From the IMG/VR virus record IMGVR_UViG_3300047469_000103, positions 192,001 through 256,000 of that record: a stretch of DNA of 64,000 bases, one strand, 5' to 3'. The stretch comes from a virus (lineage: Duplodnaviria > Caudoviricetes). Positions 1-9,712 of this stretch are shown piece by piece (the stretch's first letter is position 1; the number at the start of each line of letters is the position of its first letter). The notes under the pieces were generated by a model. The model ran no database searches, was not told the origin of the DNA, and was given only the letters and a program-made list of their open reading frames with translations. The translations under genes and the position numbers were made by a program.

Positions 1-1386
1 ATCAGCAATAACACGCTTACCGGTGCTAGGGCCGTACTGTGTACCGATGGAATAAACAACTTCTTTCAAAGCACGCGAGCGTTTTTCCAAATCAACATCG
101 TATTGTTCGGTAAACCACGATGCAACAGGATCGTAATTCTGCTTTTTGTTATACGCGCCTTGGGCTTTTTCCATGCCTTCGCCGTCGCGCTTTGTAACTT
201 CGGTGTACTTGTCGTTGAATTCTTTGGAACCGGCTTTCAGACCACGGAAATCATTGTAGTATTTCTGACCTTCTTCCGAGCGCAGAAAGTTAGTCATGCT
301 TCCGTTATTGGTGGCGAGTTGGTGCTTGCCGTAACTCACACCGCCATTATCACCTTTACCCGTGGAAATTGTACCTACGCCTCTTCCACCAGATTCGAAC
401 GCAGCAGAAATAGAACCTAAATCCCCGCCGCGTGCTTTCTTACCAATTTCCTGACCTTCGACTTTTGTGCTGGCAGTCATTCGGTCTAGAACTTGATCGC
501 CCGGATCATCACTACGGAATCTGTCGCTAAGCCAATCTTTACCCGATTGATAACCGTGTGAAATTGTACCGGCTTTTTTCCGGTCGTAATCGAAGTTATC
601 CGAAGCAGCTTCGATTACTTTGCCGCCGTAAAATGCTGTAGCCAACGCGAGCAATGGGCCGATTGCACCAGCACCCATAAGGCGCCCGCCCATACCGCCG
701 AGTCTGCCACCTAGACCACCAATCTTTTGCATCTTTGGCGAGCCGAATTTCTTCGGCATTTTACGTTCCATTTTCTCGAAACGTCCGCGTGAATCACGGG
801 GCATCTTTTTCGCACGATTACGGCGAGACTCCCGCAGTTCATCGGTGATTGCATTTCGACGGGCTTTCTTATCGTCAACGCGAGAGAATTCACCTTCGTA
901 GGTATTCCCACCGCCGTTGAAATCCTGTGTTTTAGGAACAGGTTTCGATGCTTCTTTTTTCAGATATTCAGCCAGACGTTTTACAACATCGCTGACTTCC
1001 GAAGTCGCACGAATTTGATCTTGCATCAAACCGGTTTGCTGCGCGAGCATACCCGATTGTTTTTGTGTAGCAATTGCCTGAGTTTTCAGGACTTGCGTTT
1101 GCCCGTCGATAGCTTCGCCGGTACGCCCATCGTGTTCGGTTTTAAGCGAAGTTTTATCCGGGGCGTTGCGTCCGTCTTTACCGCCAACTTGCGAAACGTT
1201 GTTGCGATATTCCGGTTGTTGCTTTCTTTGTTTACCAGCAGTAAAACGAACTTCGTCATCCTGCTTTACGTGCGCGTGTTGCATCAGCTTCGGAGGGGAA
1301 ACATCACGAAAAGGCCGACGTTCTGGTTTCTCAGATTTCGGCTCGTACTGACCAACAATAGCGTCTAATTTTTCATGCGCCGCCAT
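1..1386 (-). CDS. Tail/baseplate-hub protein with VgrG3-like muramidase domain (3'-partial, runs off window start)
   Basis: Not in the ORF track. Manual translation from ATG at 1386 is open to position 1. It contains LGSISAAFESGGRGVGTISTGKGDNGGVSYGKHQLA and RSRALKEVVYSIGTQYGP, typical of the VgrG3 C-terminal lysozyme-like family. It follows the tube and hub genes. Confidence 0.75.
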   Translation of the reverse strand, partial: MAAHEKLDAIVGQYEPKSEKPERRPFRDVSPPKLMQHAHVKQDDEVRFTAGKQRKQQPEYRNNVSQVGGKDGRNAPDKTSLKTEHDGRTGEAIDGQTQVLKTQAIATQKQSGMLAQQTGLMQDQIRATSEVSDVVKRLAEYLKKEASKPVPKTQDFNGGGNTYEGEFSRVDDKKARRNAITDELRESRRNRAKKMPRDSRGRFEKMERKMPKKFGSPKMQKIGGLGGRLGGMGGRLMGAGAIGPLLALATAFYGGKVIEAASDNFDYDRKKAGTISHGYQSGKDWLSDRFRSDDPGDQVLDRMTASTKVEGQEIGKKARGGDLGSISAAFESGGRGVGTISTGKGDNGGVSYGKHQLATNNGSMTNFLRSEEGQKYYNDFRGLKAGSKEFNDKYTEVTKRDGEGMEKAQGAYNKKQNYDPVASWFTEQYDVDLEKRSRALKEVVYSIGTQYGPSTGKRVIAD

Positions 1387-2339
1387 CACTTAAATCCTCT
1401 GCGTGTGCCCATCGTCCGGCCCGCCGCTGCTTTCGCTTTCTGTTCTGCTTCACGACGATCAGCCGCTAGGGTCGAGTGGTGATAGAGGAACATTCGCACA
1501 GGCAATTTCATATCAGGGCTTGCCCCGAATTGCGACATTAGGTTGTAGCACATGTTATAAATATCTTTGTCCGTATTGTCCGCGAAGAACGTTAACAAAC
1601 TCGGATTTGATTCGTGTGATTTTACGTGGTTGCACTGGCCGCAACGCAGCTTCACAACTTCTGTGATGCCGTGGAAATACTTCTTCATATGGCGTTCAAT
1701 TTCTTCGAACAATTTCATGTCCGGTTGCGCCAACAGATACGCCAGTTTCGCTTTGTACGTTGTGCCACGCTTTACCCAACGCGCAACACTGCCCACATAT
1801 TTCATGCGGGGATCATCGTCTACGTGTTCGTAATAATCGGTAAGAGTTTGTACGCGTGCGAAATCAATTTCTGGATGTTGAATAACGAGGTCGTCGTCTT
1901 CCAGTGTGTGGATTTTTACCTGAGTGTTTTTAACCAATTCAGATTGCACGTGTCCGCACGGTTGTAACCAGAAGCCACGTTTTGCCGCAGTCTTCGCAGT
2001 CACATCAAAACCGATTTTATTGTTTTCGTTTACATAAACCGGATTGTGGCAGGTGTATCGCGCCTGCACAGGGAATTCAGGAAACGAACTACGGCGCAGC
2101 CAAGCCATGATGTAACAGAAATCGCCATCGGTTAGCTGATTGATATCGACACTACTCGCCAATTGCACCGCACGAATAATGTGCTGGTGCGGGCGCGTTT
2201 TAGAAGTCATGCCGTGGTGCAACAAAGGCAATTCTTCCAGAATAAACTGACGCATAAAAATGCGATCAAAGTCATATGTGACGCCGCCCGTAGGCAGGTC
2301 GCCAATATCCATATAACGAGCGTCGAGTTCGTAATTCAT
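1386..2339 (-). CDS. Baseplate hub assembly protein (T4 gp26-like), paralogue 2
   Basis: Start trimmed to MNYELDAR (AAGGGG upstream). Shares QLTDGDFxYIxxWLRxxS and a C-terminal CxxC with the neighbouring gene. Confidence 0.5.
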   Translation of the reverse strand: MNYELDARYMDIGDLPTGGVTYDFDRIFMRQFILEELPLLHHGMTSKTRPHQHIIRAVQLASSVDINQLTDGDFCYIMAWLRRSSFPEFPVQARYTCHNPVYVNENNKIGFDVTAKTAAKRGFWLQPCGHVQSELVKNTQVKIHTLEDDDLVIQHPEIDFARVQTLTDYYEHVDDDPRMKYVGSVARWVKRGTTYKAKLAYLLAQPDMKLFEEIERHMKKYFHGITEVVKLRCGQCNHVKSHESNPSLLTFFADNTDKDIYNMCYNLMSQFGASPDMKLPVRMFLYHHSTLAADRREAEQKAKAAAGRTMGTRRGFK

Positions 2340-2349
2340 TTCCAGCCCC

Positions 2350-3129
2350 TTAGATAAAGAAAGAGTGCGCGTCAATTGTCACGTCGAACGGATGTTCAAG
2401 GCCGCAGCGTACACAGGTTTTATTTACCCGTTGAATTACGCCGTGGTCATACGTGAAATGTGCGCGTGAAGCTTTGTCGAACAAATCCATATCGGTGCTT
2501 TCCAGTGCGCCGTTCAATTTCTCGTGCAGAGTACGACCGGCACGGATATAGCGGACTGGCCCGATGATTTTCTTGTTGCGCTTTTCCTGACCGAGTTCAA
2601 GGTATTCCACCAGATGCGCAACACGTGGATAATCCAACAGCGGATCAATCGGTGTTTCATCCATTTGTTTTACGGTGAAATCTTCGAACACAACATCCTG
2701 TTTGTTGTACTGGTCACAATCCATTTCTACCAGTTCGATTTTGCGTGGGTCTTCCATGTGTTGCTCAGCTTCAGTGCCTTGCGCGGCATCCCACTGCGCC
2801 CACATATTGTCGATATCTTCCATCGTCAAAATGGCGCCGTTATCTTTCCGCTCAAAAACAATTCCGCCGCAATCCCATTCAGCAAAGATTGGCAGGTCAC
2901 GCGAGTTGAAACGCAGCCATGTCAGGATGTAATAAAAATCACCATCCGTTAATTGCTTTACATCGAAGTCCATAACTTGCCCGACCGCTTCGATCAGTGG
3001 CGCGCTGTTCTCCATGAAAATTGCTTCGGAAATAAACGGCAAATGTTTGGGACGAAACGGCGAAACCTCAATGGATTTAACAGCATAAGGAATCCCGCGA
3101 GACGGCAAGTTAGAACTATCGAATTTCAT
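2350..3129 (-). CDS. Baseplate hub assembly protein (T4 gp26-like), paralogue 1
   Basis: N-terminal LPSRGIPY..IEVSPF resembles gp26-family LPS..RPF. C-terminal CVRC. Located in the tail module. Confidence 0.6.
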   Translation of the reverse strand: MKFDSSNLPSRGIPYAVKSIEVSPFRPKHLPFISEAIFMENSAPLIEAVGQVMDFDVKQLTDGDFYYILTWLRFNSRDLPIFAEWDCGGIVFERKDNGAILTMEDIDNMWAQWDAAQGTEAEQHMEDPRKIELVEMDCDQYNKQDVVFEDFTVKQMDETPIDPLLDYPRVAHLVEYLELGQEKRNKKIIGPVRYIRAGRTLHEKLNGALESTDMDLFDKASRAHFTYDHGVIQRVNKTCVRCGLEHPFDVTIDAHSFFI

Positions 3130-3629
3130 GAAAATCTCACCCTATCTAAAGCAAAGTTTTGTTGAACCTTCAGCGCTTGTCCGCCTGCGTTTGTCAGGTC
3201 GATTGGAGAAGTCGTTGTAGGCCACGTGCCTTCCAGCGTTACAGTCATGATCGGCGTGTCTGTCGTGGTTCCGTCAGTTAACGCAAATCGCATATCTCGT
3301 TTGTATTTTCCCGGCAGTGAATACGCGCCCGTTTCCGGGTCAACGATTCGGTCTTGCCACTCTTTCACCCAATGGTGACTGCGCATTCTTACGTCTTCAT
3401 AAAACGTAATGTCGAATGCACTCAGTTCCATAAAACCCGGATATTGTTCAAATCGTCCGGCCATGAAAAGTGGTTTCATGTTAATCGACGGAAACGGTAG
3501 GCTCACAGTTTCCACATAATCAGGATCGCCGTCGAAAGGTAGCTCGATGCAGTACCAATAAAAGTCCAGCATTGGCGACCTATCACCACTACGTCGCGCC
3601 ACGAATTCGTCAAATGTCAGGATCGGCAT
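3126..3629 (-). CDS. Tail tube-like protein (tube initiator, gp19/gp48/gp54 fold)
   Basis: ETVSLPFPSI, FDITFYED, W.D.IVDPETG, L.GTWPTT pattern. Similar to the adjacent tube gene. Start trimmed to MPILTF. Confidence 0.6.
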   Translation of the reverse strand: MPILTFDEFVARRSGDRSPMLDFYWYCIELPFDGDPDYVETVSLPFPSINMKPLFMAGRFEQYPGFMELSAFDITFYEDVRMRSHHWVKEWQDRIVDPETGAYSLPGKYKRDMRFALTDGTTTDTPIMTVTLEGTWPTTTSPIDLTNAGGQALKVQQNFALDRVRFS

Positions 3630-3650
3630 ATTATTTATCTCGTACAAGCG

Positions 3651-3684
3651 AAAAAAGCCCGATGCAAAAATATGCACCGAGCTT
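3651..3684 (-). terminator. Intrinsic terminator after tail tube gene
   Basis: Minus strand AAGCTCGGTGCA-TATTTTT-TGCATCGGGCTT followed by a T-run. Confidence 0.8.
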
Positions 3685-3697
3685 ATTTCATTTCAGC

Positions 3698-4204
3698 TTA
3701 AATACGCTCAACGTAGCCGTAGGCAAACTGTGCGTCTTGACGCAGCGCTTGACCGCCCGCACCTTCGAATTGGTATTCGGAGATTTCGGTAGGGAACATT
3801 CGGTGAATATTCCACGCAGCAGCTTCGGCACCGGTCTGATCGTAAATGGTAAGAATTGCAGTACGCATGTACGAATCGGAGAAACCACCGGTTTGCGTTT
3901 GAGTTGCACGACCGACAGCCGCCCAGTCTTTGAGGGACTGGTAAGTACGGGCGTCGTAAATTTCGTGCAGTGCAACGGTCATTGTGTGGCTGAAAGTTTT
4001 ACGGGCCGCGTAAATCAGTTTGTGGCCGAAAAGTTCAACCTCTACGGTTTGCAGAGTAGCGCCGGGGAGCGAAGCACCCAAGCACTGAATACGCATTTGA
4101 CGACCATCACCGCCACCCGGAATATCGTTGAAAACAATGTCGAAGTTATCGTTCAACATTGGATCGGGTAGGCTGTACGTTTCGTCCAACGTTACTTTAG
4201 GCAT
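3698..4204 (-). CDS. Tail tube protein (T4 gp19-like)
   Basis: 168 aa directly downstream of the sheath gene. Motifs ASLPG.T, W.I.RMFPTEIS, F.Y.Y. Confidence 0.8.
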   Translation of the reverse strand: MPKVTLDETYSLPDPMLNDNFDIVFNDIPGGGDGRQMRIQCLGASLPGATLQTVEVELFGHKLIYAARKTFSHTMTVALHEIYDARTYQSLKDWAAVGRATQTQTGGFSDSYMRTAILTIYDQTGAEAAAWNIHRMFPTEISEYQFEGAGGQALRQDAQFAYGYVERI

Positions 4205-4223
4205 AAATCACCTCAGTTGGAAT

Positions 4224-5813
4224 TTAAATGGTTGCTACAGCGGTAGACAATTGTCCAGTCGCGGCGACAGTGGTTGTGAACAAAATGCGTTTCGAATAAC
4301 GCTCAGGCTGAATCATGTAGACCAGCGCAACGTCACCGTTTGCAACTTGTGCAGCAGGGTTTGTATCTTTGTCGCATTTAACGCTGAATGCGTACAGACC
4401 GCGAGCATTCAGAATCGGTTTCAGGATTGCGGTTACAACGCCTTCCAATTGTTGCCACAGGTATTCGTCGTTTGGATCGAACAGGCCGACCAGCACGTCG
4501 TATTTCGCAGTGGTTTCAATCGTGTTAATCAGGCGGCGAACAGGAACATCCGACAGAGCCGATTTCTCAGCTTGCAGAGTTTGTGCGCCCCACACGCAAT
4601 AACCGTAACCGGCAAATTTCTGAATCATGTTGATCTGGTTTTGATCCAGAATGTTGCGATCATTCAGCGAATACTTTTGACGGATTCCGCGAATTTCTTT
4701 AATCACACCACGAATCACACCAGCAGGCGCCCACCACTCGGCCTTCATTGCGTCAGACTGTGCGTAAACAGCAGCAACAGCACCGGAACAAGGCACGTAA
4801 ATTTCTTGGTTTTCGTCTGTCAGTTCCAGAATGTCAGAGCAGTACATCGCACCGAAACTGGTATTTGCATTGAGGATGTTACGACGGTAATCAACAGCGC
4901 GTGCAACGGTTTGCATATCCGAAGGAATGTCGAGAATTGCAAAGCAGTCCCGGCGCTCTTCAGCGAGTTGCAGCATGCGTTGTTGCACACCAGTATCGGT
5001 ATAACCGGCGTTAATCAAAACGCGAATTTCGTAATCATCTTCGTTGTCGAACAAATCCCAACCTTCGATGATATCGCCAGCGTTCGACTTGCGACCGTTG
5101 TCACCGAAAGAAAGATCAACTTGTGCGACTGCGTTAATCAGACGCGCTTTGCCTTCCGAAGAAATCCACGCAGGATTTGTTTCGTTGACCTTTGCACGAA
5201 TGCGCGAGTCATTTGCTTGCAGTTGATACTCAATGTTCAGTTGTTTATTCTGACCACTGGTTTTGTCGCGCAGAGTGCCGCGATAAGTTTCAACCGGGTT
5301 GCTGAAATTCGTTTCGAAAACTTGCAAAACAAACAGTTCGTTTTCAACATCGTTAACGTCTGGATAAACCAGAACGCGCAAGTTGTTGTTCCACGTACCG
5401 GGGTTTGCGCCGTACAGGAAAAGAATTTCATCAGGCAATTGATTGTGATCGGTTGCCGGTGCCAGATAACCGTTGGTTGCAGATTTCGGTGTGCAGAAAC
5501 CGTCAACTGTACGGAAAGAAGCAGAACCGTAATTCGCTTCAGTATCAACGCGAACAAACCACAATCGCTGTGCGGTATTCAGGAATCGTTCTGCGCAAAA
5601 ATGCGCGTAGGTGAGCGAAGCGTCACGGCGACCGAAAACTTGTCGCCATTGTGCAACACCATTCGAGATTTCAGTTGGAACGCCAACCGGGCCACGAACT
5701 GCGTCACCTACCATTGCGCCCGTGCTGGGGTACGTGGACGATGCGGAAAAGGAATTATCCTGTTCACCACCATACACGCCCGCAGACGTATTGCTGCCGT
5801 TTTGAAGGGGCAT
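4224..5813 (-). CDS. Tail sheath protein 1
   Basis: SAGVY..EQD start, RGPVGVP, R..RDCFAILD, WWAPAG..RG, QINMI, WGAQTL, VPVRRL, LFDPND. Confidence 0.92.
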   Translation of the reverse strand: MPLQNGSNTSAGVYGGEQDNSFSASSTYPSTGAMVGDAVRGPVGVPTEISNGVAQWRQVFGRRDASLTYAHFCAERFLNTAQRLWFVRVDTEANYGSASFRTVDGFCTPKSATNGYLAPATDHNQLPDEILFLYGANPGTWNNNLRVLVYPDVNDVENELFVLQVFETNFSNPVETYRGTLRDKTSGQNKQLNIEYQLQANDSRIRAKVNETNPAWISSEGKARLINAVAQVDLSFGDNGRKSNAGDIIEGWDLFDNEDDYEIRVLINAGYTDTGVQQRMLQLAEERRDCFAILDIPSDMQTVARAVDYRRNILNANTSFGAMYCSDILELTDENQEIYVPCSGAVAAVYAQSDAMKAEWWAPAGVIRGVIKEIRGIRQKYSLNDRNILDQNQINMIQKFAGYGYCVWGAQTLQAEKSALSDVPVRRLINTIETTAKYDVLVGLFDPNDEYLWQQLEGVVTAILKPILNARGLYAFSVKCDKDTNPAAQVANGDVALVYMIQPERYSKRILFTTTVAATGQLSTAVATI

Positions 5814-5852
5814 GGTATTTTTCTCCAGTTATCTCCCACTCAATGGGATTAC

Positions 5853-5862
5853 TTATAAATTA
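5853..5862 (-). promoter_or_regulatory. Putative late promoter TAATTTATAA (sheath 1)
   Basis: Recurrent motif. Followed by hairpin TCCCA-TTGAG-TGGGA and SD CTGGAG. Confidence 0.6.
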
Positions 5863-7209
5863 CGCTTTTATTAACGTGCAGCGAACTGGTTTGTCTGCGT
5901 AAAGCTTGATTGTTCCGGCAAAAGAACCATTCAGGAAAAATGAACCATTAATCTTGAATACAACCGGAGCGCTTTCTACGTTCGTATCGTCCACAATCGT
6001 TTCGCATTCCGCAGTCGGAGCCATGATTGTGTCGATGTTTTTGGTTACGATTAAACCGTTTGATTCGTAACTCAATGTGAGCGGTTGTCCGGGCAACGCA
6101 AGATTAACCAGCGTCGGAAGTGTGAGCGAAAAAAGCCCGGAATACTGATACGCCAAATCCATCGGAACGGATGTGGAAATACCAGTTGTTGCATTGGTGA
6201 ATTTCATTAACGCCGTTGCGGGCAGATTGTAATCCTGAATATTCACGGTGAACGGTTTAGCAACATCGGCAATCGCAACGGTGTCCATTACTGGCATTAC
6301 AGGCGCGGCGGCGATGGTCAGTGTTTTGGAAATATTCAGAACTTGTCCGTAAATATCTTTACCCAAAACAACCACAGTTAATTCGTCGCCTTCTTGTACG
6401 GCAAACGAATCTGGTGTGTCTTCATACGAGAGTGCAACAGGTGTAAATGTTCCGATTACTTTCGACAGGGATGTGCCTGTGCGATTGTTGGTAATCGACA
6501 GCATGGTTCCTGCTGGATTCTTTACGCGCAAATTCAACGCGGAATCGAACGGTGCAGACGTTGGCATTTCAATGCTGGTTTCTGCGAAGTCCAGCGTCAC
6601 AGTTACGTCGATGGAAATTTCACGCGACAAACCATTAGCCGCATACGCTTCTTCGTAACTGATACGCAGGGTGTCGTCTTTCTGGCAGTACATTACGCCG
6701 TCGAAATCCACACCTTTTGCATCGTTGTTTTGTGTCTGGAAAAATCCAGAATAAACGCCCTGACTTTCACGATTGAGATTTGCTGTTTCAGTCTCGCCCG
6801 TGCGCAAGTTCATAACGTCTACGGAAATTGGTGCAGCGGTGTAAACGTCTTTATCCGTAACCCGCACGGTAATAAAGCGGCCCGCTTGTGTAGCGCCTAC
6901 AGTTTCCATCGTCGCATCGAAATAGATTTGTTCGGTGCGCACTTCCGGCTCAGGGATGGAACCAAAGCTGGTAAATTCAGCAGTGATTTCATACGGACAC
7001 TGAATCGAAACGAGGTTGTGAACGTCTTTCATTGTGTAGGGATTATCTGGCCCCACGGTGATATCGGTTTGCGTCATTGATGCTTCGGTGATTTTCGTAG
7101 CAACCGAGAAATCACCCTGTCCAATGCGACGGACTTTATCGACGACAAAGTGTTTAATTTCCGTCACGACTGTTTTAGCGAGCGGTTTGTAAATGTCGCG
7201 TACTTTCAT
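5860..7209 (-). CDS. Putative virion structural protein, beta-rich/Ig-like
   Basis: 449 aa, T/V/A-rich beta-strand character. Lies between the neck and sheath genes. Confidence 0.55.
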   Translation of the reverse strand: MKVRDIYKPLAKTVVTEIKHFVVDKVRRIGQGDFSVATKITEASMTQTDITVGPDNPYTMKDVHNLVSIQCPYEITAEFTSFGSIPEPEVRTEQIYFDATMETVGATQAGRFITVRVTDKDVYTAAPISVDVMNLRTGETETANLNRESQGVYSGFFQTQNNDAKGVDFDGVMYCQKDDTLRISYEEAYAANGLSREISIDVTVTLDFAETSIEMPTSAPFDSALNLRVKNPAGTMLSITNNRTGTSLSKVIGTFTPVALSYEDTPDSFAVQEGDELTVVVLGKDIYGQVLNISKTLTIAAAPVMPVMDTVAIADVAKPFTVNIQDYNLPATALMKFTNATTGISTSVPMDLAYQYSGLFSLTLPTLVNLALPGQPLTLSYESNGLIVTKNIDTIMAPTAECETIVDDTNVESAPVVFKINGSFFLNGSFAGTIKLYADKPVRCTLIKA

Positions 7210-7928
7210 GAGTGATCCGCCGTCTGGATTTCGGTATATTCTTCGTCAATAATGTCGCCATCAGGTGTGACGATGATTGCGCCCATTTCGAAAGCGCCCA
7301 AGTTATTAACCTTGGCAACTTCCTTACTAACGCCCGTCCACGTATTCGACGTAAACGAAATTTGAATATCGAAACCTTCAGGATCGTTTTCAGCGTCTTT
7401 ATCAGCACGCGGAATTGCGATTTCTTTTGAGTCAGGTTTGATATCCACAAACGACGATACAGCATCACTCGTTACCCGGATGTTCATCGACTTCGCGTCA
7501 GTGAGAATCAGGGCTTGCGAAATAAAACGAATTACGTCTGTGTAATCGTTCGTCACGTAATGGAATTCGTAACGCAACGTAATGGGAAACATGAAGTGCT
7601 TTGTGATGGTGCTATTCTTTGAGGACAAAGACATACCAGCACTGTGCCGCCGCAGGTTTGGCGACAGCAAATGATTCTCTGCGTTCCCGATGGAAGTAAA
7701 ACTGATATACGCATAGGGATACGTCGGCTCAAAATGATTGCGCAGCATTTGTTTCACATCGTTGTTGTGAACAAACGGCAACTCTTTCACTTTGAAGAAA
7801 TTCTTAAACGCTTTTCGAATGCCGTGAAAGCTTGCATACAAGTGCGTTTGTTTGAACGCTTGATTGCCCAACAAATCTTTTCTGCGCATTTCCTCCCGCA
7901 TGTCTTGCGTAGCTTTCGTTTCTGACAT
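7206..7928 (-). CDS. Putative tail terminator/neck protein (T4 gp15-like)
   Basis: YPYAYISFTSI...FPITLRYEFHYVT..DVIRFISQ resembles the gp15 LPRMSF...P.nl.fel..d..qi.eq pattern. Sits between head and tail genes. Confidence 0.45.
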   Translation of the reverse strand: MSETKATQDMREEMRRKDLLGNQAFKQTHLYASFHGIRKAFKNFFKVKELPFVHNNDVKQMLRNHFEPTYPYAYISFTSIGNAENHLLSPNLRRHSAGMSLSSKNSTITKHFMFPITLRYEFHYVTNDYTDVIRFISQALILTDAKSMNIRVTSDAVSSFVDIKPDSKEIAIPRADKDAENDPEGFDIQISFTSNTWTGVSKEVAKVNNLGAFEMGAIIVTPDGDIIDEEYTEIQTADHS

Positions 7929-7947
7929 TTTTTACGCTCCACAAACG

Positions 7948-7984
7948 AAAAAAGGCCGATGCGATTTCTCACAGCGGCCTTTTC
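7948..7984 (-). terminator. Intrinsic terminator
   Basis: AAAAGGCCG-C-TGTGA-GAAA-TCGCA-T-CGGCCTTTTTT, with a GNRA loop. Confidence 0.8.
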
Positions 7985-7985
7985 G

Positions 7986-8513
7986 TTAAAGCTTGATCGT
8001 TACACGGCCCGGCTGTAGCGGTACGCTTACTTCGCGGTTTTTTCTCACCAACGATTCATCATCGTAGGGTTCAAGATCGACCGAGGAAGAAATTGCCAAT
8101 AGTTGAGGATCGACAATAATGGATTCACCATCTTCCAGAAAACGTTTATGCGCATGAACCGCGCTAGCAATCGAAACAATTTGTCCGAGTGCCGATGAAT
8201 CGTTCCCGTGAAGGGAAGGACTCCATGTATTTTCTGAAGGGGATGTGCCGCCGTGATTAGCGTTCGGCATCATTACGTTAACGTCGTCAACGTATGAATT
8301 AAATCCATCCATACCGTCACCGTCCGCACCGCTAGCTTCGTTGCATCCTACTTGCGCAGGGCCACAACTCTGAAAAGCGGGTTGCAAAGAACTGTTCAAA
8401 ACATTTGAAAATTCTTCACAGTTGCAAGCCTGTTCAAGCACTTGCAAGGCGAGTTCTTTTCTTCCGTTTTTGCAGCACAATGCAGCGAGGGTAAACAGTG
8501 CCTGAATATCCAT
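7986..8513 (-). CDS. Hypothetical protein
   Basis: 175 aa ORF with AGGAG SD. No family recognised. Confidence 0.7.
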   Translation of the reverse strand: MDIQALFTLAALCCKNGRKELALQVLEQACNCEEFSNVLNSSLQPAFQSCGPAQVGCNEASGADGDGMDGFNSYVDDVNVMMPNANHGGTSPSENTWSPSLHGNDSSALGQIVSIASAVHAHKRFLEDGESIIVDPQLLAISSSVDLEPYDDESLVRKNREVSVPLQPGRVTIKL

Positions 8514-8533
8514 AACATTCTCCTAAATTCTAA

Positions 8534-8567
8534 TCGCGGTAAAAAGGGGCGCTCCTAATTACCGCGA
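8534..8567 (-). other. Stem-loop downstream of the major capsid gene
   Basis: TCGCGGTAA-TT-AGG-AGCGCC-CCT-TT-TTACCGCGA: perfect 9 bp outer stem with a UU/UU internal loop. Confidence 0.75.
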
Positions 8568-8580
8568 CCGGAGGTGTTAT

Positions 8581-9666
8581 TTACACGAGGCGTTTGCCTT
8601 TGGCGATGGAACGGTTGTTCGCGAGTACAAACGAGAACATTTCGCTCAGCAACCAACCTTTCGAGGTGGAGCCTTCGTAGGCGCCGTCAACCGGAGTCGA
8701 ACGGATACCGCCACGAGTGGAGTATGCAGCGTGGTTTTGTGCATCGGAGACGATGTAAATTTCGCCTTTTTCCAGAACCTTTTGGTTCGGCTGACGGAAT
8801 GCGTCAGTTACCAGATTCAGACCGACCAGAGTACCGAGTTGACCATTCAGGGCCAGATCGTATTTGGTGATCGGATCGAGGAAAGTTGCGAAATCGTTCG
8901 AACCGATAATGTCCGACCAGTAATCGTTCGCGATGATTGCGGTGGTGGCTGGCAGGTTCCATTGAGCAACGGCTTGACGCAGTTTGCCGAGGTTTTTGGT
9001 GGTCAGTTCACCGGCGATGTATTCCAGTGGGTTCATCATGCCGACAGTGGCGTCAGCAGCTTTTTTCCACAGGCGGTCTTCTTGAACCATGATGGCTTGC
9101 AGAGCATCGTTGTAAGCATGTTCCAGCAAATCACCATTTACTTGTTCCATGTCCAGAGCCGAAACACGCACGTTGGCGATGATTTCGAATTCTGCTGGCT
9201 GGAAAGTACGGTTACGAATTTGCTGATAACCAACACCAGCAGGGCCGGTGGCGATTACAGCCATTGCGTCATGCGGAGGCATCGGAACGCGTTGAACTTC
9301 GCCGGTACGCAGCGTATTACCGACAGAAACTTTACGCAGGAAACCGTCGCGGTCTGCTTGCTCGTAAACCTGTTGGGCGATGTTTGCGCCCAGTGCTTTC
9401 CAGTTGGCATCGGACGACAGAGCGTCAGCCAGAATTTCGCGATGCGAAGCGATAACTTCTGGTTGTTTTTCTTGAACGATTTGGCCGGAAGCAAAAGCTT
9501 CCATGAACAGACCAACTTGGCGGGCCAAGTCTTTTTTGTCATGGGCGTTGAATTCGCCAGTGTTGGAACTCAGTGCAAGTTCCTGACCTTTTTTGTAGCG
9601 CAGTTCTTCGAGCGGGTTGCCGTTGGCCAGAACCATACGAGCGTTTTTGAATTGTTTAGCAGACAT
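8581..9666 (-). CDS. Major capsid protein (HK97 fold, probable)
   Basis: 361 aa. Order is protease, scaffold, decoration, capsid. Features include R.GFLRKV, AIMVQEDRLW, G.LGTLVGLNLVTD, strong codon bias and CTGGAG SD. Confidence 0.75.
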   Translation of the reverse strand: MSAKQFKNARMVLANGNPLEELRYKKGQELALSSNTGEFNAHDKKDLARQVGLFMEAFASGQIVQEKQPEVIASHREILADALSSDANWKALGANIAQQVYEQADRDGFLRKVSVGNTLRTGEVQRVPMPPHDAMAVIATGPAGVGYQQIRNRTFQPAEFEIIANVRVSALDMEQVNGDLLEHAYNDALQAIMVQEDRLWKKAADATVGMMNPLEYIAGELTTKNLGKLRQAVAQWNLPATTAIIANDYWSDIIGSNDFATFLDPITKYDLALNGQLGTLVGLNLVTDAFRQPNQKVLEKGEIYIVSDAQNHAAYSTRGGIRSTPVDGAYEGSTSKGWLLSEMFSFVLANNRSIAKGKRLV

Positions 9667-9712
9667 GGGTAAATCTCCAGAATTGTTCTCGATTTTTTCT
9701 TTAATCGAAAGA

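Noticed and set aside
1386-3129. Programmed frameshift between the two gp26-like genes (tail chaperone style)
   Set aside because: No slippery heptamer was seen at the junction, and the second gene has its own SD and ATG at 2339.
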